From a virus: 64,000 bases of DNA. The notes below the pieces were generated by a model. That model was not told where the DNA came from. It saw only the letters and a program-made list of their open reading frames with translations, and ran no database searches. Shown piece by piece: positions 50,401 through 57,085 of the stretch (position 1 is the stretch's first letter; every line of letters begins with the position of its first letter). The stretch covers positions 1 through 64,000 of IMG/VR virus record IMGVR_UViG_3300028569_000022, one strand, 5' to 3'. The position numbers and the translations under genes are program-made.

Positions 50401-50671
50401 CGTATTAATAGATAAAAACGAATATATTCAGCCGGCAACATATATGAAATCGTTTCATAAACTTTGGGATAATACTGAATTATTAAGAAATTCTTTGAGT
50501 TTCTCTGGAATAACTGAAGCAACTGAGCTAGGTACAGCAACATTCATGAAAGAAGATCTAGTTATTGGACAGAATGAGTTAGTTGTTAATTCAGTTATAA
50601 ATAGATTGTCTACTCAGATGTGGACAAACTTGAAAACATTAGTGTCTTATGTTTTACCAAAATCGAGTTAA
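47426..50671 (+). CDS. Large virion protein with NHL repeats
   Basis: LYVLDSG, FKNPQDL..IADTGNKCIK and PLSIATDSRG NHL motifs. Confidence 0.7.
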   Translation: MSLNLFLNYEHTNSEGLFYREVSTSSFTVLAQIKFADTALPIPARYSATYNLNDGNDESFNLITGQQLTFDRTNPCVSSVNVTIKDGDGTLLHTLSLSSKFVSQFPTVSFIAYPQHYIDENEAVLKTLDDTNWYADSPGVYFYGEGHTETIKLSAKATNAPSSSTTITWLIGNNFSDLSANSQISATTIGNTNTATVEISSASESNLLIPISVYATNGEIEQGGPVVQYDDTTGEKSFYPFFATSLNTDGLPVSGDRTCGSIRVKPYPSDNLYIFNSPFVSNEIALPLNRTHQKFKASIIKNSNSSKILTSTLSSTTWEIKEFSKIGDWSYKTRALSDISIYEFPLTYSETVVGESLMPLYVPLGEKTTVTLAVSSASRIEFIYPPGDWIPRNAHIEQHQAITQILPIPFAELFISNYFVEKSTELVINSIRIYADVVLELSSISLRTDDNNKKYVIDPEMLEFPQSISFTKLGKRTIFVEMTFLNTNTNELQVIENSFEGIVDVVESINTIFTEESPQEYRTESSPVTFSYASSAVPLIAPNDWTIADNVNCIISEIYNLIESVFNHTTVYTKNDVFLGWLGSDKYAWSDLQCFSNIITTTQWSKYVTEATIDQPEPEQLVWNDNTCINSVVDPFCIQKYCIEWKWSSRTRKKSDLFVTWRSALSGESYNKKWKYEPCELNQITLTCPIGKWHTSTLDKALFPKPFCSATPECSIISFAVTNQGKYVIARETEVLVLDNADVPVTLAKHTFADEIFVFSKIVKMELSRESLLYVLDSGIPRVSVLSIRPNDAILLSESWGKLGSASNPYGFKNPQDLHITDDLEIIIADTGNKCIKTYTSSGKHKDTFIDERFQINPPLSIATDSRGELHVLIQDRVLVYDSDNIFVREYLLSSDVQNPKKLVFSNNREICYITHDVGVIKYFRNGVLFGNLIKDLVCNNEEMLTGFNDVIHDIENNVYVSVKDKVLKYADRMEVVHKSSLNTELYWSLSDVLIDKNEYIQPATYMKSFHKLWDNTELLRNSLSFSGITEATELGTATFMKEDLVIGQNELVVNSVINRLSTQMWTNLKTLVSYVLPKSS

Positions 50672-50721
50672 ACTCTCTTATATGGTAGAAAAAAACCGAA
50701 AATTAGATAAATAAAATTAAC

Positions 50722-51708
50722 ATGAAAAATCCGTTGTCGTCACTATACGAACAAATACTCATTTCTGAAGCTCAGAATAAACAAGATTTAACGAATCCTT
50801 CGCAGAGTGAAGTAGGTTCGCTCAAACAAAACCAAGATGCATTTGGTTCAAAACCTCAGGTGGTAAGTGGACCGGAAAAAGCCTCTATAGCAAAAGGACC
50901 ATCATACAAAATTTCAACCAGTTCTGAAACAGCAACTCAATATTCCAAAGAAGGAAAATTTAAGGGAAGTGCTCCAGCTAAACCTAAGTCTTCTGACGAG
51001 CCAGAAGAGACTGAGACCCCAGAAAGTGCGTTTCCAGAAGGGGATGACGAAGAAAAATCTAAGGAAGATTCAAAAAAAGAAAAAAACTCAGAATCATCTG
51101 AAGAAAAATACACCAAGAAGAATAAATATATTAGACAACACGAAAATTTTACTATGAGCGCATTTGAAACACTATTTAAAAAAACCCTTATCGAAGAACT
51201 AGAGAATGAAGACGAAGCTACACTTGCTTCTGCACCTGAAGGTGACTTATCTGATGATGTAATGTCTGACGATGAGCCTCTTGAAGACGAATCTTCCGAA
51301 GAAGAGTCTGAAGAGTCTGAGGCTGATTTAGTTTCTGATCTGAGAGAATTACAATCAAAGCTTGATTCGATCCTATCTAAACTCGAAGGCCTTGAAGAAG
51401 AGGAAGAAGATTCTGATGAAGAAAATTCAGACGAAGAATATTCAGACGAAGACTTTGATACAGAGTTCTCTACAGAAGAAGAGCCTTCCGTTACTAAAGA
51501 GTCAGTCGACAAGCCAAAGGCCCTTTCCGATTCAAAAGGAAAACAATTAACAAGCAAAAAAAATAAGGTTGGAAAACTTGCTCCAAAAGGTGGTAAAGCA
51601 TATGTTGGAAAATTCAAAAATAACCCCAACCCAAAAAATCTTTCCACAAAAGTATCTAAATCAGCAGAAGTAAAATCCACTGTCAAAAAAGGTGATTTTC
51701 TTAAATAA
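50722..51708 (+). CDS. Highly charged, disordered late protein (prohead core / internal protein-like)
   Basis: Long Glu/Asp tracts with a Lys-rich C-terminus; own TAAATA and terminator. Confidence 0.5.
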   Translation: MKNPLSSLYEQILISEAQNKQDLTNPSQSEVGSLKQNQDAFGSKPQVVSGPEKASIAKGPSYKISTSSETATQYSKEGKFKGSAPAKPKSSDEPEETETPESAFPEGDDEEKSKEDSKKEKNSESSEEKYTKKNKYIRQHENFTMSAFETLFKKTLIEELENEDEATLASAPEGDLSDDVMSDDEPLEDESSEEESEESEADLVSDLRELQSKLDSILSKLEGLEEEEEDSDEENSDEEYSDEDFDTEFSTEEEPSVTKESVDKPKALSDSKGKQLTSKKNKVGKLAPKGGKAYVGKFKNNPNPKNLSTKVSKSAEVKSTVKKGDFLK

Positions 51709-51734
51709 TTTAGAATAACGTTATTTATAAGTTT

Positions 51735-51767
51735 AAAAAGCCTCGGAGTTTCCGAGGCTTTTTTTTT
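51735..51767 (+). terminator. Intrinsic terminator
   Basis: AAAAAGCCTCGGA-GTT-TCCGAGGCTTTTT plus a T run. Confidence 0.9.
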
Positions 51768-51787
51768 GGTTTTTAATAAATAAAGAT

Positions 51788-52279
51788 ATGGAAAAAAAAT
51801 CCGAACTAAAGCTTAGAGATTATCTGACTTTAGGTAAACCTACAATTTCTCCGGACAGTTTGGATCCGAATGTCTTTTATTTTCCTGAAACAGGAGAGCC
51901 TCCAATATTACATGCGCGAATTAATGCTCAGATTATAAACGATCTGGAGTTTTTTTGCGGGGAGCAACAACAGAGAATCGAGAAATACGTATTGGTTGGT
52001 GATGCATTAATTCCTGGAAACAAAGACCGAACAAAACCCTTAAAAGTATTAATAATTCTCAATAAAACAATAATGGATTTGGATATCGAAGGAATGCTCT
52101 CTGAAGTGATTTTAAAAACACTTAACAATATAAGTGGAAGGTTAGCTTCTGGTACGTTACGACCAATTATATACATACCAACAGTAAGAAATATCAAAGA
52201 TCATCCTGAATATAAAGCAGTTTATGATATTGCTATACACAAATGGATTAAGTTACCTTCAGGGTTAAAACATGCTTAA
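51788..52279 (+). CDS. Degenerate nucleotidyltransferase-fold-like protein
   Basis: LDPNVF...P.L...I..QI...I..YVLVG, then P.IYI...AVYDI..HKWIK.P, resembles phage Pol-beta-type NTases, but the GS/DxD motif is missing. Confidence 0.4.
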   Translation: MEKKSELKLRDYLTLGKPTISPDSLDPNVFYFPETGEPPILHARINAQIINDLEFFCGEQQQRIEKYVLVGDALIPGNKDRTKPLKVLIILNKTIMDLDIEGMLSEVILKTLNNISGRLASGTLRPIIYIPTVRNIKDHPEYKAVYDIAIHKWIKLPSGLKHA

Positions 52280-53273
52280 AGTAACTACAGATAAAGTTCG
52301 TTATTTAAATAAAAATAACAACGCAAATGAGAGAGAAAACTACTCAAAATGGTGGAAAGAACAAATAGAGCATTATGGCACTACTGTTGACTACTATTCT
52401 AATGGATATGGATTGACTGCACACAACTTTGTTTATGGTGAAGATCCAACTTCTTTATTTATAAAAACTCCTGAAGTGGTAATGTTGACAGACATTACAA
52501 ACGATTCTTTGATGTTGTCTAAGTTTGGTATCATGGCTGATTGTGATATGACTGCTGTTATACACATTTCTTCATACTATGAACAGTTTGGTTGTGGTTC
52601 TGAACCAAAAGCTGGAGATCTAATAAGACTAACCGAATACGGAGCAGATCGTCCTGGCGGAAGAAGTGCTCCTGTATACGAAATAACTGAGAGAGATGAT
52701 GAGTATTTGCAAATGACCAATGCTTTAATCGGTCATTATGTGTGGTATTTAAAGTGTAAACGGTATGAATATTCATACGAGCCTGGTGTCGATGTCGGTC
52801 CTAATAACAAGCAAGTCAGCGATGGCGGAGATTATGGAAGACTTGCAGGAGGAGAGAATCCTGAAGAACTATTCCAACCGTATCCAGATTCCGTTCAAAA
52901 CTCAGCAAAGTGTATATATGATTACTATGATAAAGATAACGCGTTTTTAGACAGAAACTTGAATCACTACGTTGAACCAAACCCTCCTTCCTGTCCAACT
53001 GACTTGACAGTTACTTCACTCAGCGCAGTTCCTGGCCCATACTCTTCGACTCAGACAGTGTCAGAAGAAAGTTTTAGGTCATTGTTAGATTTAGCTAAAG
53101 CAGCAGTAAAAATTACGCCAGATATAGTGGTTGCACCAAATACATATACAGACCCACTAAGTACGAATACCTTTACGGCATCAACGTCGTCAAAACCTGA
53201 AGACACAATATTGTTTGCCATTGAAAATAGTAGCTTGCTAAACTTAAATACAATAGATGGAGGTTTTATATAA
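52272..53273 (+). CDS. Neck / head-closure protein (T4 gp14-like) with C-terminal extension
   Basis: EQIEHYG..V.Y, VYGEDP, LSKFGI, PKAGDLI and LKCKRYEYSYE. Confidence 0.8.
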   Translation: MLKVTTDKVRYLNKNNNANERENYSKWWKEQIEHYGTTVDYYSNGYGLTAHNFVYGEDPTSLFIKTPEVVMLTDITNDSLMLSKFGIMADCDMTAVIHISSYYEQFGCGSEPKAGDLIRLTEYGADRPGGRSAPVYEITERDDEYLQMTNALIGHYVWYLKCKRYEYSYEPGVDVGPNNKQVSDGGDYGRLAGGENPEELFQPYPDSVQNSAKCIYDYYDKDNAFLDRNLNHYVEPNPPSCPTDLTVTSLSAVPGPYSSTQTVSEESFRSLLDLAKAAVKITPDIVVAPNTYTDPLSTNTFTASTSSKPEDTILFAIENSSLLNLNTIDGGFI

Positions 53274-53614
53274 TGGCTGAAAATAAGTCGTCTGTTTATG
53301 GATATTACGGTGGAGCAACAGAGGAAAACCACTATGTCCCTCCAGAAAGTCAAGAGTTTATTCCCCAACCTCCTCGAGTCGCCTTTACGGAAGCTGATAG
53401 AGCTTTAGTTCAACAACTCGTAGATCAAACCAAATTTTACGCAGAAAATGCTCCAGATATTTTATTGAGAACGCTTACTTCACGTGTCCCAAATAGTGGA
53501 GATAATATCGATACGTTTATGTTGTCTACGTCTGCTAATCCAGAAGATATGATTGTATATACATCAGATGTAAACGACGTGAATTTAAATCGTATAGACG
53601 GAGGATTCTTTTAA
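53273..53614 (+). CDS. Small protein paralogous to the gp14 C-terminal extension
   Basis: PDI...TF..STS..PED.I...NLN.IDGGF is shared with the gp14 tail. Confidence 0.7.
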   Translation: MAENKSSVYGYYGGATEENHYVPPESQEFIPQPPRVAFTEADRALVQQLVDQTKFYAENAPDILLRTLTSRVPNSGDNIDTFMLSTSANPEDMIVYTSDVNDVNLNRIDGGFF

Positions 53615-53679
53615 TTATTATGAATGCCTCTGTGCAACCTCTATTCTACCACGCGTAAAATCCCAATTCAAATAACATC

Positions 53680-54546
53680 ATGGCATTTAAAGCTAAGACA
53701 TGTAATGATACAATACAGCTCTTTTGCAAAGGAGGCAATCATGGGTTTTTTTCTAATTGTTCTTTTGTACTAAAGTCAATATTAAACTTTGTTGACACAA
53801 ACAAAAAATTGCCAAGTTATTTAGACGGATTGGCTCTATTTCCAGTATACAAACATAACCCCCAGAACCTTAACGAAGACTTAATGAAGGCATGTTTCGA
53901 ACAAAAGTGTATATCAAACATTCAAATTGATAGTGTTTCGAAAGGCGGCTGTTATTTTTATCAGAGAGCTCATCAAGCTCAATATAAAAAACTCAACTTA
54001 AGTGAACTTAGCTTATATATTGACGCATACCTTACTCCTAGCGCTACTATAAAAGAGATTATCAACACAATTGAAAAAACCTATTTAATAGACTACGAAA
54101 ACACATGCACAGTATATTATAGAGGAACCGACAAGAGAACTGAAGCTGGACTGGCTAGCTACGAAGAGTTTTTTGATAAAGCTGACGAGATCTCACAAAA
54201 AAATCCAAATATACGATTTTTTATACAAACTGATGAGTTGGAGTTTGCATTAGCATTTAAGCAAAGGTTTAATAACAGTTTTTCCATCAACGAACTTGCT
54301 ATGATATCTCGTGAGAACAACCTGGGTCCTCATTTTTCCTTATTGCAATCAGAAAGAACCACGCATGCTTATTGGTTTTTGGCTGCTGTTATTATTATGT
54401 CAAAAACAAAACACATAATAACAGCTACTGGAAATGCTGCTCTCTGGGTAGTTCTTTACAGAGGAAACTACAAAAATGTTCATCAGTATTTACGCCGAAT
54501 TAATCGCTTTACTCAAGAGACAGTACAAAATTTTGGCTGGATTTAA
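53680..54546 (+). CDS. NodZ/FUT-like GT-B fucosyltransferase-family protein
   Basis: GFFSN start, VYYRGTDK (H/YxRxxD), FFIQTDE and IMSKTKHII...GN motifs. Confidence 0.65.
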   Translation: MAFKAKTCNDTIQLFCKGGNHGFFSNCSFVLKSILNFVDTNKKLPSYLDGLALFPVYKHNPQNLNEDLMKACFEQKCISNIQIDSVSKGGCYFYQRAHQAQYKKLNLSELSLYIDAYLTPSATIKEIINTIEKTYLIDYENTCTVYYRGTDKRTEAGLASYEEFFDKADEISQKNPNIRFFIQTDELEFALAFKQRFNNSFSINELAMISRENNLGPHFSLLQSERTTHAYWFLAAVIIMSKTKHIITATGNAALWVVLYRGNYKNVHQYLRRINRFTQETVQNFGWI

Positions 54547-54615
54547 ACGATCATTTGTAGCGTCTCTTTGTATTGTTTGACGCTTGTTACATTATTAAAT
54601 TGAAACTGCTATAAT

Positions 54616-55134
54616 TTAAGGTAAAAATGCAGCTATTTGAGCACCAACTGCTTCTACTGTCGCACAATTTTTTAATCTACCACCAATTCCTGTAGAAGGA
54701 AGACTGTTCACATCAAAAGACCAAAGCGTTGAGGCATCAAGAATAGCCAAACCAACAGTATCATCGATTGGAACGCTAAAAGAAACGGAACTAGCAGATG
54801 GTACGTTGCAACTTCCGGTTACGCTTCCACCAGCATAAGAAACTCCAAATCTCACGTCACTTGGAATAGGAAAATCATTTGAAGAAAGCGGAACAACAAA
54901 TGTGGTTGTTAATGTACCAACATTTAAATTAACATTAGAAGTGACAATAAGCGATCCTCCAGCAGCTGCTGAGTTTTGTGCTTTATTTGAGATATGCAAA
55001 CAATATATGTCAGAGTCTATTGTTATTGTTTTATTATTAAGGAAAACCTCGTCATCGGAATTGGGAATTACTCCTCCTACCCATGTTGAAGTATTATACC
55101 AATTTCCACTTTGTGATGCTAAAATATTAGCCAT
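54616..55134 (-). CDS. Small virion/fibre-associated protein
   Basis: N-terminal SGNW...TWVGGVIP...D.V motif; PSDVRFGVSY..G..TG. Confidence 0.5.
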   Translation of the reverse strand: MANILASQSGNWYNTSTWVGGVIPNSDDEVFLNNKTITIDSDIYCLHISNKAQNSAAAGGSLIVTSNVNLNVGTLTTTFVVPLSSNDFPIPSDVRFGVSYAGGSVTGSCNVPSASSVSFSVPIDDTVGLAILDASTLWSFDVNSLPSTGIGGRLKNCATVEAVGAQIAAFLP

Positions 55135-55136
55135 GA

Positions 55137-55301
55137 TTAAAGACCCTTCACCTTAATGTGGTTTTGTAACTCTTCGTAAACATATTTAACTAATCTGCTA
55201 AACAACCCCTCTGTCGTTATAAAAGGCTGTAGAACAGCCAAATAAGCGCAATAAACAGCATATTCTACTTCATGTCGACTATTGAGTGATAAAGATTGCA
55301 T
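55137..55301 (-). CDS. Small hypothetical protein (54 aa, not in the ORF track)
   Basis: MQSLSLNSRHEVEYAVYCAYLAVLQPF...HIKVKGL* fills the gap between two co-oriented genes. Confidence 0.45.
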   Translation of the reverse strand: MQSLSLNSRHEVEYAVYCAYLAVLQPFITTEGLFSRLVKYVYEELQNHIKVKGL

Positions 55302-55312
55302 GTATTGTGTAA

Positions 55313-55753
55313 TTATGTGTAATTGGCAGTTAATCTATCATTCCATGACACGGCTGATGCGCTTGTCGTAGATATTACACTTCCTGCTGTATTTAGTGTT
55401 ATTTTTTTAATATGCCACTCAGACTCGTCTTCCGACGTGCCTGTCAGGGCTTTTCCTATATAATTTGCATTATTTACAAAATCAGTCTTCCATAAAGCAG
55501 AGTCCATATTAACAACAACGTCACTAACTCCATTAATCCATGCAGCAGAATTAGTGCGTACAATTGTCATCACATCTTCGTAATAAGAGTGATTATAAAA
55601 GGACACTAACTCATTAACGGGATTTTTTAAGAAAATCTTACCGTCCGCAATATTGATCGCTAGTTCTCCTTCTCTTATCGAAGATAATGCTGGCGTTCTT
55701 CCAGAGACTGATGTCCTAAAGTGTTGAGTTATACTAATAGTTTCTGGCGGCAT
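55313..55753 (-). CDS. Fibre-associated protein with Mtd-N-like N-terminal domain
   Basis: RTSVSGRTP...EGELAINIADGKIF; TAAATA 5 nt upstream. Confidence 0.6.
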   Translation of the reverse strand: MPPETISITQHFRTSVSGRTPALSSIREGELAINIADGKIFLKNPVNELVSFYNHSYYEDVMTIVRTNSAAWINGVSDVVVNMDSALWKTDFVNNANYIGKALTGTSEDESEWHIKKITLNTAGSVISTTSASAVSWNDRLTANYT

Positions 55754-55772
55754 AGTAGTATTTATTGATAAC

Positions 55773-55961
55773 TTAGAATTTTCCTAAATCTGTTACTGTA
55801 TTTTCTCCGGAAATATTTGTAGTATTCGTTGTCCCAATATATAATGTGTTTGTAGTTTCATCCATAGCTAATTCTCCACTCTTGATCATTGTTGGTGGAC
55901 CAGGTTCTCCAGAAACTCTTCTTTTAATTAAAATCGTGGTATATTTTCTAATTTCTTCCAT
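55773..55961 (-). CDS. Minimal Mtd-N-like domain protein (62 aa)
   Basis: TILIKRR..G.PG.P.....GELA..E....LYIG ... DLGKF. The ATG at 55961 is 5 nt after TAAGTA. Confidence 0.65.
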   Translation of the reverse strand: MEEIRKYTTILIKRRVSGEPGPPTMIKSGELAMDETTNTLYIGTTNTTNISGENTVTDLGKF

Positions 55962-56003
55962 TTGAATACTTATATAACACACAAACCTTTTGTTGTTTTT
56001 ATG

Positions 56004-56765
56004 TTAAGAATCTTTTGACATCAACAATCTTGCCAGTGAACCGTCATCACAACCGTGATGAATTACTGCATTTGAATCAATCGGAAAGTCAAATCTCAAT
56101 CCATCTGGAAATTCGTTATGGTCCTCTCCTTTAATACAGTTTGGTGAAAACTCTTTATAATTTTGTGTCCTAAAGCAATGTTGAAACAAATTAGAATGGT
56201 GAGTGTTTGGCACTAGCTCGTTTTGGCACAATACGTCAAATGCAGTTGCTAATCTGTCGACGTATTTCCAGATTGTACAACACACATCAATGTCAGGCGG
56301 ATATACAGCAGCTCCAACTAAATGTTTAGTTAACGGAACAATAATCCCATCGTCCGTAAGAGTCGTGGTGTCTTGAGTCCACCCTAAGCAGTATTTGCCG
56401 CATTGTTTATATTCTTGTTCTAAAATATTTATCCAGTTACGTGTTAACGGAGTCATGTCAAGCTCCATCCAAAGCCAAGGCAATTTTGTTTTTCTTTGGT
56501 ATTTTAAGTGTTTTATTGTTTCTTGCCAATAAAAGTTTGGACCTTGAGGCCACCCTGTTTTACCGTCTTCTGGAAAAGCATATATATCAGATGTTTTAAA
56601 TTTGGTTTTAATTTTATTTAAAAGAGCTACCGCATGGCTAGCATCTGTCGGCCTGGAAACTACGAGAAGTTCGTGAGTAGAATATGGTCCAAAATGATTA
56701 AGACAAGCTGAAAAGTCTTCAATTAATTTTGCGTCAGAAACGGAAACGGGTATAACTATTAACAT
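56004..56765 (-). CDS. Probable GT-A fold glycosyltransferase-like protein
   Basis: N-terminal LIVIPV strand, GWPQGPN, WLWMELD (DxD-like), GAAVYP and VIHHG. Confidence 0.5.
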   Translation of the reverse strand: MLIVIPVSVSDAKLIEDFSACLNHFGPYSTHELLVVSRPTDASHAVALLNKIKTKFKTSDIYAFPEDGKTGWPQGPNFYWQETIKHLKYQRKTKLPWLWMELDMTPLTRNWINILEQEYKQCGKYCLGWTQDTTTLTDDGIIVPLTKHLVGAAVYPPDIDVCCTIWKYVDRLATAFDVLCQNELVPNTHHSNLFQHCFRTQNYKEFSPNCIKGEDHNEFPDGLRFDFPIDSNAVIHHGCDDGSLARLLMSKDS

Positions 56766-56804
56766 ATATTAATAATTATACCCGCCAGGTGTTTTTTTCC
56801 GAGT

Positions 56805-56912
56805 TTATGAGTTGTATCCCATAGGATCGAGGAATTTTACGTTACCTTGAACTTTGGTGTTTCCTTGAATTTTTGCGCCCGAATAATAACTATTTTCGTT
56901 GTTTGTTGGCAT
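56805..56912 (-). CDS. Small hypothetical peptide (35 aa, not in the ORF track)
   Basis: MPTNNENSYYSGAKIQGNTKVQGNVKFLDPMGYNS*. Confidence 0.4.
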   Translation of the reverse strand: MPTNNENSYYSGAKIQGNTKVQGNVKFLDPMGYNS

Positions 56913-56918
56913 AATCTT

Positions 56919-57017
56919 TTATTTTTTCTTTTTGTTTGCACCTTTTCTGGAAGATTTAGAACCTTCTTTTTTAGGTTTTTTTGTTTCTTTTTTATGAGCG
57001 TTATTTCCTTTAGCCAT
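56919..57017 (-). CDS. Small Lys-rich basic peptide (32 aa, not in the ORF track)
   Basis: MAKGNNAHKKETKKPKKEGSKSSRKGANKKKK*. Confidence 0.55.
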   Translation of the reverse strand: MAKGNNAHKKETKKPKKEGSKSSRKGANKKKK

Positions 57018-57035
57018 ATTTTTTATAGAGTGTAG

Positions 57036-57069
57036 AAAAAAACCTAGGAGCAGGAGACCTGCTCCTAGG
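57036..57069 (-). terminator. Intrinsic terminator of the 57086..59308 gene
   Basis: CCTAGGAGCAGG-AGA-CCTGCTCCTAGG with A7 on the left (U-tract on the minus strand). Confidence 0.9.
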
Positions 57070-57085
57070 CTTAATTTGATTTTTC

